DNA from: Paragordius varius
Lineage: Eukaryota > Animalia > Nematomorpha
Direction: 5' to 3'
Assembly (NCBI GenBank): GCA_964247055.1
Contig: OZ176052.1
Span: 7,998,001-8,062,000, forward strand
Length of the DNA stretch: 64,000 nt
Positions 25,601-38,906 of the stretch are shown here, piece by piece (position 1 is the stretch's first letter; every line of letters starts with the position of its first letter). The position numbers and the translations under genes were made by a program. Under the pieces are notes generated by a model. It searched no databases and was not told the DNA's origin. It was given only the letters and a program-made list of their open reading frames with translations.

Positions 25601-28600
25601 GAAATTACAGGGGAGAATACATTATGATAGAAAAAATAAAAGAAATAAAAAATAGCATTCTAATTTAGAACCATAATTTGAACATAAATAAGAGTACATT
25701 AAAATTGTATCAGTTTTAATTCTATCCACATATTTTTTAGTAAATCGGCTTTTTCCTAAGCGAAAATACAACTCGATAAACATCCATATTTAATAAAGAA
25801 AAAAATATTTAAAACGCCCGACTGCGAAAAAATTCAGAAAGTTTATCTAAATTAGGTTCAAATGAAGTCAAAGCATTTCTCAAACATGATTCTAAATGTT
25901 TATTAGTTAGTGACCTCTGTTTAGTTTTGATAGCATTCATAATTGAAAAAGCCGATTCACATAAATATGTGGATCCAAAAAAAGAATTGAATAATGCAGC
26001 GGTTTTCCAAATATGGGGGTATTTATCTTTATTTATAAATTTATATATATCTGATCCTAATGATTTTAGATGGATATCGCATTTAACATTTATTAATTCC
26101 TCTTCCAACTCTGCTAAATTTGGTACACCAAGAAAGTGGCTAATGGGCATGATAAAAAAATAGCGATGTCTTTAAGTTTATTTATAGATGAAAATCGTTT
26201 TTCAAAATCATCAATAACACTAGACAACAAATTTTAACTTTTTTTAACTGCCATTCTTGTAAATTTAAAATTTATTTCATTAAAGTACATAATTAGTATA
26301 TCTGAAAAGAAAATTGGTCTAGCATGGAAGAATTTTTTTATATCAGAGTTTATCGATAATTTTTGGCCCCGATTTAACATTAAACTCGAAATTTCGAAAA
26401 TTAAAAGTTTTAGATATGAAGCCAAGTATTTTTATCATTCGAAAGAGCGCAAAAAACTGCATCTTTTAATTGGTAATAAGTCATTTAAATCAATCGAATG
26501 TAAAAGTTATTTGGATTTAAATGGTCGAAATTTTCAATTCTTAAATAAGTCAAGAATTTTCACAGACAAACTAATTTGAAAATCATATAAATTATTTTAA
26601 TATAATTATTAGGGTTATATTAGTATTTAATTTAAAAAAAATGTTTGAAAAAGCTTTTGGTTTGCTTTTTTAATAAAAATTATTATTATCATAATTATTT
26701 TACCTAGTGGATACTAAAATGCATAGTTATAACTGTAAATTTATTACATAATGGCTATAAAAGATCAAAAAGACCTTAAACTTTGTTTTTATCTTTAAAA
26801 TTTCGAAATTATCAGCCTCGTAAAGAAAATAAATTAATATTGATGAGATGGTAATTTTTAAAAAACCAAAAAACCTAAAAATGGCTGTTTTGAGTGACAT
26901 AAAAGCAATAAAAAATGTTTTAATCAAAAAACACTTACTTGTGTTATCTTTTTTGGACATTCATCACCATCTAAACAAAGTTTGAGCTATTTTCATCCAT
27001 TAGTTTTAAAAATATAATAATTATAAATGTTCTCGCTTCGCGCGTTTGTCGCTCTTTGTGTCCAATATTAACTGTCGATGTAATACATAATAGTATGCAT
27101 TTTTTAAAGTGTTTATTACTCTTTCGAATGATATATTACAAATGGGCATTACTTGTATATTTTCAAAGAAAAACATTTATTAGTAAAATTTTGATAAAGA
27201 GGGCGCATAATCAAAAAAATTAAATGATACAAAATTCTTCCAACAAGTTATAATTTTTATTTTAGATTTACTGTTAAAATGATACTAAATATCAGAAAAT
27301 GCAAAAACTCGAGTGGCAGAAAAATTTGTTGTCCAGTGTAAGCAGACCAATATCATCTGCATATTTTTCAAAAGAGAGATTCTCTATTTTTTCAGACACC
27401 GCTGCCAGATTAAAAAAATGTTTTAAATCTCGGTTTTTTAATTGTGTTTCTACTACTGTTAGTGTTTCCTTAAAAGATTTTAAAGCACCCATCATATCCA
27501 TTATTGTTTTATCTTTTCCTTGTAATTGGATGTTTAATTTATGCAATTTTTCCGTGATATCGCATAAAAATGCAAGATCAAGCAGCCAATCTTGATCTTT
27601 CAATTCAGGGTATGAAAATTTAGAATTCTCTAAAAAAAATTCTATTTGTGGTAAAAGTTGCCTAAATCTAATTAAAAATGCGGCACGACTCAACCACCTT
27701 ACATCAGTATGTAATAAAAGTTCTCCATATTCCACGCCACACTCATTTAACAAAATTCGAAATTGGCGGCGGGACAAGCTTTTTGTTCGAATGGCGTTAA
27801 CAATTTTAAAACAGGGGTTCATTACATGATGGTATTTTAAAACTTTTGAACATAAAACTTGATTATGGATTATACAATGGTAATCAATGAACTTGGGAAA
27901 TGCACTGTGATTTTTACATAAAGCGATAAAGCCGTTGTTAACGCCAATCATAGCTGGAGCTCCATCAGTAGTTATAGATGCGAGTTTTACGATGGAAAGT
28001 TTCGTATCTGTGATAAATTTATAAAAAGAATCAAAAATACCCTGCCCTCTGGTTCGTTCGTGGAGAGGTATTATAGTTAATAATTCCTCCTTTGCAGATA
28101 AATCACTAAATATCATACGAATATAAATGCATAATTGGGCGATTCCAACATAATCGGTGGACTCATCGAGTTGCAAGGAAAAAAAATACAGTTATTTATA
28201 TTTTCATGTAAAATTTCATCAAGATTATTACTAATATCTTCAGCCCTGCGCATAACGGTATTTCTCGATAAGCTTATGCTTTTAATAGCTGTCATAATAT
28301 TATTTTTGTTATCAAAATTTTCAAATAAAATATCACAAGCGCTAATAAAGGCTTCTTTAAATATTTCACCATCTTGGAATGGCTTATTGTTCCGAATGAG
28401 TATTTCCACTACCTTGAATGAAGCAATCGTAGCATTTTTATAGTCTTTGTTGTATTTAAGTATGCTATTTTGTGAGGCGGATAATTGTTCTTTTAATTCC
28501 TTTACTTTAATGTTGCGTTCTTGAGTTTGTAAGGGGTAGTTCTTGGAGTAATGTGGATGCAGAGATCTATAATGTCTTTCAATATTTGACTTTTTGGGCA

Positions 28601-31600
28601 AAGCAACAGTACTATTGCATATTAGACAGGTGCATGTTTCATTTATCATAATAAAAAAGTATTCATGCTCCCAATCTTTCTTGTATCTGTACAACTTTTT
28701 ATGGCTCATTCTAAAATATAAGTTTTAAAAACCTACTTTTGGTGTATCAAATCAAATCTAACTTCACGATTATGCTTCTGATTTATGAATAAGCTTTGCT
28801 CAAAGTTTTGATATATTCAAGGGAAATGACTGATTTTAAGATTCCTTGCAACTCGATGAGTCCACCGATTATGTTGGAATCGCCCAATTGTGCATTTTTA
28901 TTCGTATGATATTTAGTGATTTATCTGCAAAGGAGGAATTATTAACTATAATACCTCTCCACGAACGAACCAGAGGGCAGGATATTTTTGATTCTTTTTA
29001 TAAATTTATCACAGATACGAAACTTCCCATCGTAAAACTCGCATCTATAACTACTGATGGAGCTCCAGCTATGATTGGCGTTAACAACGGCTTTATCGCT
29101 TTATGTAAAAATCACAGTGCATTTTCCAAGTTCATTGATTACCATTGTATAATCCATAATCAAGTTTTATGTTTAAAAGTTTTAAAATACCATCATGTAA
29201 TGAACCCCTGTTTTAAAATTGTTAACGCCATTCGAACAAAAAGCTTGTCCCGCCGCCAATTTCGAATTTTGTTAAATGAGTGCGGCGTGGAATATGGAGA
29301 ACTTTTATTACATACTGATGTAAGGTGGTTGAGTCGTGCCGCATTTTTAATTAGATTTAGGCAACTTTTACCACAAATAGAAATTTTTTTAGAGAATTCT
29401 AAATTTTCATACCCTGAATTGAAAGATCAAGATTGGCTGCTTGATCTTGCATTTTTATGCGATATCACGGAAAAATTGCATAAATTAAACATCCAATTAC
29501 AAGGAAAAGATAAAACAATAATGGATATGATGGGTGCTTTAAAATCTTTTAAGGAAACACTAACAGTAGTAGAAACACAATTAAAAAACCGAGATTTACA
29601 ACATTTTTTTAATCTGGCAGCGGTGTCTGAAAAAATAGAGAATCTCTCTTTTGAAAAATATGCAGATGATATTGGTCTGCTTATTAATGATTTTGAAAAA
29701 CGATTTTCATCTATAAATAAACTTGAAGACATCGCTATTTTTTTATCATGCCCATTTAATAATAATAATAATGTTGAATATATTGCTCAAAAACTCAGCC
29801 ACTTTCTTGGTGTACCAAATTTAGCAGAGTTGAAAGAGGAATTAATAAATGTTAAATGCGATATCCATCTAAAATCATTAGGATCAGATATATATAAATT
29901 TATAAATAAAGATAAATACCCCCATATTTGGAAAACCGCTGCATTATTCAATTCTGTTTTTGGATCCACATATTTATGTGAATCGGCTTTTTCAATTATG
30001 AATGCTATCAAAACTAAACAGAGGTCACAATTAACTAATAAACATTTAGAATCATGTTTGAGAATTGCTTTGACTTCATTTGAACCTAATTTAGATAAAC
30101 TTTCTGAATTTTTTCGCAGTCGGGCGTTTTAAATATTTTTTTCTTTATTAAATATGGATGTTTATCGAGTTGTATTTTCGCTTAGGAAAAAGCCGATTTA
30201 CTAAAAAATATGTGGATAGAATTAAAACTGATACAATTTTAATGTACTCTTATTTATGTTCAAATTATGGTTCTAAATTGGAATGCTATTTTTTATTTCT
30301 TTTATTTTTTCTATCATAATGTATTCTCCCCTGTAATTTCAAATGCATTGTTTAAATTTTTATATTGTAAAATTTCATATAATAGAAATTTAATAAATAA
30401 ATATTTTGAAGTGTTTTATGTTGGTTAAAAAATAAAGGTAGTTAATAACCCGTTGTCTTTTAATTAAAATTATTTTTGTATTTGGTTGATAGATAAAAAA
30501 ATTACAATTTTAAAATGGTTTAAACAAGTCACTCTAATCTGTAAAGCAGGTATATACATCATTTAAAGTGTTGATTGAGTTTTGATAAATATTTCTGGGT
30601 GACCGCGAACTCTTTTTTTAACAAAAAGCCAAAAAAAAGCTCGCGACAAAAAAAGTGTGGCCACCCCTGATATATATGATTAAAAATATTAATAATTATA
30701 AAATATCTATAAAATTACCTTAAAAACAAAAAAACAAAAAAGCAGATGATAGATAATAAATTAATAGAAAAGATTATATTATATCATGGGCCTAAAAACG
30801 TTATTTAAATGAAACCGTCAAAAACCAGGTTTTTAACAAAACCAATTAGGTACTACACTCTGTTATCATTATAAGAAAGTTAAAATTCGATAATTATTTG
30901 TAAATTAACTAAAATATTCATTAATATTTAATAATTTTACATTATTTTGTATGGGTATAGGTAAAATTTTAGAATGGTCAGCTTGTACCACGTGATCCGA
31001 ATATGTATCATACCATATCTAAAATAATATAAAATTGGTCCATATGAAAAATATTTATGCTTTAAAAAGAACTACTTTGTTAAATATTAAAACTAAAATT
31101 ACCTCATGAGGTCCTGGAAAGTAGGCATTAACTTGAACGGCACCAGGATCTCCGATTGGGTGTACAAGAAGTGAATCACCTTTATTTTAAAAAAAATGTT
31201 AATCGCATCGCATTCAAAATTAAAAACAGTTTAATACAATATAAAAAAGAAAAATGATTGAATTATTTCAAATATACTGAAAACAATTACAGAAAGTTTA
31301 GAATTAAATAACTCCACATGTAATACAATGAATAATTTAACTTAAAGGGTTAAAACAAGTTTAGTTTATATAAAAAGGTTTTTAAAATAAAAATTTAAAA
31401 GTAAATTAATATATAATATCTAATACCAATCATATATTCACTATCAATAGAAAATGAATCTGTATTATTTGGGAAATTAACCCAAATCGGCCTCATAATT
31501 GGCATCCCTGAATGTTCTGATTCATAAAAAAGTGTATACCTATAATAAAATTATCGAATTAAATACGTAACACAACCAATATGTATTTGTTAAGCATCAA

Positions 31601-34600
31601 AAAAAAATATATTATAAAAAACAGTTGCGAGGATTATTTTTGTGACGGCATAATTTATCTCTTTTTGTGAAATACCTTTATTATGTGCATAAAGGGACAT
31701 AAATCTGATTACCTTATTAGAAAAAAAAATTTATAATCTTTTTTTTATTATTTTAAAGTTTTCGTTCATTTTTATGACCAATCGTTAGTGTTTTTAAATG
31801 CATTGTGCAATCCCATGTTTTCCTAAAAAAAGATTAAGTATAGTTTTAAATTTTTCCGTCGATGCAAAATACATATTTCTTCTATGAATAAACCTATGGA
31901 CGAGTTATCATTAAAAGGTCTAATACTTCCATATTTCTTTGTCAGTTTGCAAAACATCTCTTATGAAAATAACAAATTAAAATATTTTATGTCACAATAC
32001 CAAAATGGAAGATATGTATATCGTTCATAGATGGATTGTCGAATGGCTGAAAGATCATTTAAATGTATCCAGGGTTCTCGTCTTGGCGTATCTATGTGAG
32101 AATGAGCCCTGAAAAACGGTTGATAAGCAGCGGCCTGAAATGTAGCATGTAAATCATAAATTATTAAATTAGGGCAAAAAAATGATTCAAAGATAGAAAT
32201 TCAAACCCGTTATTTTTTTAAAAAACATCAGAATACCGTTATAACTATTCAGGAACGATCCTGACGTTTTTCAAAACCTTAATAAATAGGCATCAGAAAA
32301 CAAAAAAACAATTCTATCGTGTGAAAAGGCAACCTTTTTTTAAAAGAATAAAAGATAATGATTTATTATGCAATAAAATATATAAAATTATCAATTAAAT
32401 TTAAAACTCTCTAACTCTTTAACTTTATTTTTTTCGAAAAAAATGGATTGAAATAAACTGAAACCTGATACCAACGTCGTAAGAGTTCTGAATCGGGGTT
32501 CCGGAAAAATCCTCCAATATCAGCTCCTGAAAAAGTGATTCCAGTTACACTAAGACTCAACATCATAGGCACCGTAATTTTGAGGTGAGACCATTCGGCA
32601 GAATTATCACCGGTCCATACAGCAGCTAAAATATAATAAAATTTTGAAAATTATTTTATCAAATGAAAATATTTATTCCGAATAGGAATATAACTTTTTT
32701 ATGCAAAGGTGCGCGTTAAATAATATTAGGTATAATATTCTTACCTTCTAAAATGGTTAAATTTCTGAGAAAAAAATGAGAACGTTAAATGGTTTAACAA
32801 ACAAAAAAGAACATAAAAGATAATCTAGTATTTTGTATTACTAATGATAACATGTGATGTAAAAAATAATCGGTAATGACATAAGGATATATACAGTATG
32901 CAATTTAATGGTTGCTTTTTTTACACTACTGTGATGCAAATTGCCCAACTATGTGAAATAAGCAACCATTTAAATGCATACTGTATATACATAAACTATA
33001 ATTACCGATTTCAATATGATATGAAAAAAATTACCAGTTCTTTGAGATCCAGCAAAAAAAGCACGCGAAAGAACAAATGGCCGTATTTTGCCGTCCGATC
33101 GGTCAAATAGACCTTGAAAAGTTGCGCTATGCTAAACATATTATCAGTCATAAACATCATATCATGTTTAAATTATGTTTATAATATATAATATAAATGG
33201 CTATAAAATATTTTTGTAGACATGATAATTCATAAAATTTAAGAGAATTAGACAAATACAATGTACCAACCAACAAGTCACGATATTTTTGTAACCGCTC
33301 ATTAATCTATATACCATAATGCAAATTTTTTTTGAAAAACATATTTTTGTAATTTAACTGTTAATTAAAAAACTGTAAATCTTTTACAAAGGCACTCCTA
33401 TTTAGCAAGCAAAAGTAAACAGTTATCTCAATGATTAAAAATACAGTAATTTTTCGCATTTTATATGGTTTTAACAAAAAATTAAACCATATACTCATTA
33501 AGTTGTAGGGTTCATACATGTTATGGACATAATAGATTGCCTATGAAAGACATCTTATTTACAAAGCCACTACTATCTAACATGATGCAATGGCTACCAT
33601 TGTCTTAATGAAAAAAAGTTTACTTTGACATCATATATATAGCTCACAAAAAATCCATAAAATTCTATATTTTTTACAAAACTTACCACATAAAGACCAT
33701 ACATGTTATGTATGTCACGATGTTCTACCGTCCCATCAAGATGAACACAATCCTTGGGCATTGTGACTTCGGGTCCACTGAAAACGCTCGGTTCATTCAT
33801 GTCATTCCATATGTACACGTCTCGCGTTGTGTCACGATATCGATCAAACGCAAACTTAGAGGCCCACCATGCCCGTACTTCGGGTTTAGCGAAATCGGGG
33901 TACTTTGAGGTGCCTTTTATATTTAGGGGAGTATGATAATATAAAATTATTTATTTTTTCATAATATATAGATATAGGCTTGAATACCATTTAATATTGT
34001 TATAAATTCAATATTAAACGCCTTATGCAGAATGAATTTAAACAGGAATCAAGAATCGGAATCGTCTAGGATACTGATAATTTATTTAAAAACGGTTTTG
34101 ACTTGGGCCCCGAAAAAGAGTTGATATGCCTAGACCAAAATTGAAGTTTACTACCATCCTTTGTATACATTGTGTTTAATTTAAGGCGGGGCTTTTACCC
34201 TTCATATGCCCCCCGTCTCGATGATAAAAACTTCATGCAGAATAAATAAATGTTTTACAAAATACAAAAGTCGTCTATGCTGTAAGGTCATCAAATGTGA
34301 TTGCAGCCACCACCGAAGAGGTAACATTATGACACTTTCTTATAACATAGAGTATTAATAGCAAAAATACGTCCATAACAATGAATATACATCTTTATTT
34401 ACAGCCATACAAATAAAAAAATTTTTTTAAAAATAAAATAACCTGGCCAACACCATCCCTCAAAATCGGTTGTTTTGTCTTTATTTTTAATCCAGACCCA
34501 TTTTAGCGCTTGTGCATCATCGTATATGAAATAACCGTCCTCGCGTTTAATATGCGGATCGACTATAGTAACAAGTTTTCGTTTTTTGCGCACTAAATCG

Positions 34601-37600
34601 GCTATCATGGCAGATGCATTGGCAAATTTCAAGGGATCCCATGTAAAATATCTATAGGTTAAAAAATTGTTATTTTAATTAAAAAACCACATATATAATA
34701 TAAAAATAGGCAACAAACTTTTTAGCCTATAATTACGAGATATACTCATTTGCGAAATTTACAGTAAAATTTGACAAGATAAGGCGTGCTGATACAAGAA
34801 GTAAAACACTGACAATTCTATAAAAATGACCCATATTTTTAGATTGTTCACATTTTATATTTATCCTATATTATTATGGCTAAAAAATTGACCTTATAAA
34901 ACACTTGACAATCGATTATTTTATTACAGTTATAATGAAAAATTTAACTTATACATACTTTTGCCTTATCTTTTTACATATGAAATGATTAAAAATAAAA
35001 ACTTTTTATTATCCGTATGTTCTATATCCAACCAAACAAAGTCCAACGGTACATTATGGTAATCGGCTTCACTATTAATTTTTGCGACGTCCTCAACATT
35101 GTCATAATTCCATCGGCTTTGATGATAGCCCAACGACGATATCTAAACACAGTTGATAAAAATTAATAAAAATTAAAACAATTTTATAATTTTGTCTGAG
35201 AATGGAGTAATATGAGTGATTATCATATTCATAGATTGTTTTCTATACATAATCTTAGTTTATTTAAAATAATAATTATTGAATATAAAATGTTGTATAA
35301 TTTTAGTAAATTTATTATATCATCAAAAAATCCAGATGTTATCACTAGTCTTTCTTTAGCTAAGTCGTTAAATTGCAAATGGTAAAAGTCGAAAAATTAA
35401 AATTCTTTTAACAATAATAATGGTATAATAAAAACTTTTAACCTTTTAACTAACATGCTTTGTAAATATAGCATTTTATCTTATATAAAACCAGGCTGAA
35501 AATTTGCTCACACATTTCAACAAAAATATTTCATTAAAAGAATCCCTTAATAAAGTGTTAATAAACTTCATTACCGGAGGTAAGGGCGTCGTCCCAGTTA
35601 GGAGGGCATATTGTTTAAAAACATTTTGTGGTTTGGGGCCAAGCAGGAAAAATGCATCAAAAACTCCCGATTCTGACATCCAATGTGTTTGGGCACCCAG
35701 ATTACCATTTGATTCTTCATAATTTACATCTATCCAAGTTTCCGATGGATTATTCCAAAAAAATCCCACTGTTTGTTCGGCACTATTTTATACACGTATT
35801 GGTATTCCAAATATTTTAAAAGTTTTTGGAATAATATATTCCTGTTAAAAACTTGATATACCACAATAAACATTAGTCAGCGAGTTTTTTTAACATAAAT
35901 AAATTCTATACCGGCTTCAACAACTACATTTTGTTCATTTTTTTCTTCTAAAACTAAAAATTAATAAAAACCAAATTACATTTCACGTTTTGATTAAATT
36001 AATCAGACTTTAACAAAAAATTGTAAGATATTAAATTTAATCCTAATATCTATGTTATAAATAATGAATTACGGTTATTAATTTCATGTAAAAACTAAAA
36101 ATTATAAATAAAAATAATTTGAGGAAACTTAATATTTTTATTTTTATCAATCATTTTTACCTACCTATTATTAAAATGGAAACAATAAAATAAAATAATT
36201 GACGGAATAAAAATATTTATACGTATGACTAATCATGTATGGTATAGATCCATATAGAGCCATTTTATTCCCAATTTCATATTCAAACACGTCGAAATTG
36301 TATAAGCGAAACGGATCATCTCCCCTATGAAAAGGTATAAATAAAAAAATTAAAGTTTTTTATGGTTAGATATATATATATATATAATTATAAAATACTC
36401 TGTAGATTTTAGTGCAAAACTATCAGCATGTTCAGGGATACCATAGAGATGGCTACTATTTGCAAACAATAAATCAAATCCTATGGCGGTATTACCTAAA
36501 AAAATTATAGGTTAAGTTATAAAAAAATAAAGTATTATTTAGAAATAAATTTTTTAAAATTATTACATTTTTATTTATTCGAAGTTCTCCACATCAAAAT
36601 TATTATTTCTAAATCGTTTTAAATCAAAAAATGCTCTTCACATGAGAGATGTCCGATTCGCGGCCCGCGAAAAATTTGGAAACACATAATTTAAAAATGT
36701 GCATACAATATTAATAAAATTGATATTTTTCGGAAGAATTCTGAATAAGTCTGTATCATTGGAATCAAATCAGAAAAATTGTTATATTGCGTTGGCATTT
36801 TGTTTAAAACTAATAAAACTTTAGAAATGCCCTTATATATTCCAAATGCTGTCCGCGAAGCCATTTGTGGTGAACACCCGTGCTTTAATATATTATATAA
36901 TTCATAAAATATGTTTGACCTTTAGGTCTCGAATCAACATTGTCACCAAACCGTTCCTCATTGGAGTTATTTTGAGTTGATTTTTCTTGTTCTTTCTCAT
37001 TTTCTTGAGACGGATCATTTCGCGGTTGTTGGATTTCGTTCTAATCAAGTGTAAAAAAATTATTAGCCATTAAAGGTGCCTCAAACAATCAACTAATGTT
37101 ATTAGTATACGCTTGTTAAAATATCAATTATCGTTTTGATTAAGTATTTAGGCTTAATATAAAAAAAGCATTTTTAAAATAATTTACTATGTATGAAAAA
37201 CTACGCATGTTTTATTTAAATTATATACAGTATTGAAATTTAATGCGTGATTTATATATAGCCAAAGCAAATAAAATTAAATTGGATTTTGGCTCGAAAA
37301 TAACATATTTTTAAAAATTTTAACCGCATGATGAATTTAAAAATATTTAAAAGAGTTGGAAGGCCATAGAACGAACATTTTGAAATAAGCAAAAATCTCT
37401 ATTTTTTATTTTATGTTGAAGAATATTAAATTATCCTAGCTTTAAAAATTTTAATTTATTACCATTGCAGGATCTTCCTCAATATCTTTGTTTTCTGAGC
37501 CCCTAAAATTATTGTATGAATTATACTGTTCAAATTTCATGAGATTCCGCCCATTTAAAACCAATGTGGGGTGTTTCTTTTCATTCAATATAATTAATTG

Positions 37601-38073
37601 AAATGGGTTCTTATTCAATCTTATTGTGTATAATCCGTATGAAATATCATATATGTTTTCTTTATTAGCTACCTTAATATCATTCCTAAAGCAAATTATC
37701 ATATAAATTTACTTAATATCGGGTAAGTGTGGGAGTAATGAATCTTTCAAATGATACCGATTTAGTTCTGGTATGTTAAGAACTACTCTTATAATATTGT
37801 TTTCATAAAATATAAGTTGTCCCATAACTTTGAGCTCGTTTAATTTTAGATTAATTAAATTGAAGGAAAATGTGTTGTCAGGTTTTTGTATTAGGCTACC
37901 ATCAACCAGTTGATATAAATTTTCTTGAACCTTGGCTCGGCAACGACTAATATTTAGGTTATAATATACCGACAGAATCCGCTTTGTTCACATGTTTTAA
38001 ACTTTGTTCTATCCACACACAGACCATTGTGACAAATTAATAATAAAAATAAAAGTGAAAATGAAAAACGCAT
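19634..38073 (-). CDS. GANAB: Neutral alpha-glucosidase AB (glucosidase II alpha subunit, GH31)
   Basis: Signal peptide [19 protein letters not shown] then [16 protein letters not shown]; [24 protein letters not shown], catalytic [37 protein letters not shown]; ends ...DWKINISY* (stop 19634-19636). Introns range from 23 nt to ~6 kb. Confidence 0.95.
21330..22652 (-). pseudogene. Chapaev3-type transposase, original (minus) arm plus spacer; N-terminus missing, frameshifted
   Basis: Spacer encodes [21 protein letters not shown]|GSRL across a 22-nt intron (22479-22500); a second intron lies near 21640-21700. Frameshift near KKENY, plus arm-specific indels. Confidence 0.85.
22719..23926 (+). pseudogene. 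Chapaev3-type transposase, inverted duplicate arm
   Basis: Mirror of the minus-strand ORFs (track ORFs 22745, 22839, 23591), with the same KKENY frameshift. The natural stop is mutated (TAA to TAT). Confidence 0.85.
24860..24979 (-). other. GANAB: Single 120-nt GANAB exon lying between the two palindromic transposons
   Basis: AG|[40 protein letters not shown]|GT; phase 0-0; matches the GH31 C-terminal YQRGG motif. Confidence 0.92.
25809..28709 (-). pseudogene. Full-length hAT transposase gene, disrupted (original arm)
   Basis: [19 protein letters not shown]...CLIC (BED-like), [53 protein letters not shown]. Lesions: -1 frameshift in a T8 run (~28179-28186), MITE insertion at 26218-27338, 40-bp deletion near 26142. 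Confidence 0.9.
26218..27338. mobile_element. Non-autonomous Chapaev3-type element (1121 bp) nested in the hAT left arm
   Basis: Termini CACTAGACAACAAATTT...AAATTTGTTGTCCAGTG; perfect 3-bp TSD TAA (26215-17 and 27339-41). The empty site is visible in the right arm (GGTCTGC-TTA-TTAATGAT). Confidence 0.9.
28846..30132 (+). CDS. N-terminally truncated hAT transposase ORF (428 codons, catalytic plus dimerisation domains) on the duplicated arm
   Basis: Open from LQLDEST to ...FFRSRAF*. It starts at TTG with no in-frame upstream ATG, so expression is doubtful. Confidence 0.7.
   Translation: MQLDESTDYVGIAQLCIFIRMIFSDLSAKEELLTIIPLHERTRGQDIFDSFYKFITDTKLPIVKLASITTDGAPAMIGVNNGFIALCKNHSAFSKFIDYHCIIHNQVLCLKVLKYHHVMNPCFKIVNAIRTKSLSRRQFRILLNECGVEYGELLLHTDVRWLSRAAFLIRFRQLLPQIEIFLENSKFSYPELKDQDWLLDLAFLCDITEKLHKLNIQLQGKDKTIMDMMGALKSFKETLTVVETQLKNRDLQHFFNLAAVSEKIENLSFEKYADDIGLLINDFEKRFSSINKLEDIAIFLSCPFNNNNNVEYIAQKLSHFLGVPNLAELKEELINVKCDIHLKSLGSDIYKFINKDKYPHIWKTAALFNSVFGSTYLCESAFSIMNAIKTKQRSQLTNKHLESCLRIALTSFEPNLDKLSEFFRSRAF
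32894..32983. mobile_element. 90-bp palindromic mini-MITE (TA target, Tc1/mariner-like) in a GANAB intron
   Basis: TA|CAGTATGCAATTTAATGGTTGC...GCAACCATTTAAATGCATACTG|TA. Confidence 0.65.
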
Positions 38074-38906
38074 TACACGTTTTTTGAACCAACCTATCGC
38101 CTAAAAGGTGTATTTGTCATACAGCCAAATGACCCTAAAAATTACATATGTTTTGATTTTTACAATTTTATATTTGACTACTTTCCATTCAAGGGTATTT
38201 TTATTTCAATGTGGAAAATTGATTACCAAATTAATGAACAGCAAAAGCGTTGTGTACATTTATATATTCCCAAAATGCATTTGGATGGATTGAGTAAATA
38301 ATTTACTTTATTTCTTCGAAGCCTGTATTGAAATTTCGGTATCTCGACAAAATTATTCGATTGATATCAAGTTAACCTATAATAACAAAACACTTTTGGA
38401 CGAATTTATATCTGGTAAAATTATTGCTAAATAATAAAGTTCATAATCCTCCTCCTATATGCCTACAGTATCCATATCCTTTATCGTCAAAATTATGTGT
38501 TAGATTTTATAATATAACTCTTAAAGAAAATGTTTTTCATGCTTGTGTTAATTTAGAGGCAATTGTAGAAAAGATACCGGTGAAAGTTGTAAAATTTGGT
38601 TGTTTTAATCTTCCATATATTTATAATACTGTACTCCCAAAGATTTTGCACGTACTTTCTTATTTTAAATATTTCCTACACATATATTTTTAAATAAATA
38701 CTATATTTTAATATATATTTGGTACCAACTGGTGTCACAAACTTTTACTTTCTGTCTCCAAATTTGTTAATCTAATGTATGTCATGCGTTAATTTATTAA
38801 AAGTAACTTATTAAAATAACTTTTTTATAACCTAATTTCATTTTTAGGAAGTTATCTAGGTATAAAAGTTTAAATATTTGGATTTTCAACACTTTAAATT
38901 TTTATA

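Larger units (their letters stand above)
25268..30669. mobile_element. Giant palindromic hAT transposon (Buster/SPIN/GTF2IRD2-like), 5402 bp, with ~1.83-kb inverted arms
   Basis: Both ends begin CAGGGGTGGCCACAC. Arms are 25268-28180 (including a 1.1-kb insertion) and 28842-30669; the 661-bp spacer holds the transposase N-terminus. Flanking 8-mers TTATATAA/ATATATAT match at only 6/8. Confidence 0.9.

Noticed and set aside
27299-30011. ORFs antisense to the hAT transposase (27299, 28135, 29427, 29787, also 25927)
   Set aside because: Shadow frames of transposase coding sequence.
20415-30669. Palindromes as assembly or amplification fold-back artefacts
   Set aside because: The arms carry private indels and a TSD-flanked insertion, the Chapaev3 element has a perfect TSD, and GANAB exons continue collinearly on all sides. 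Long-read confirmation is still advisable.
25260-30677. Perfect 8-bp TSD for the hAT palindrome
   Set aside because: The flanks TTATATAA and ATATATAT match at only 6 of 8 positions in AT-repeat context, so a TSD is not claimed as proven.
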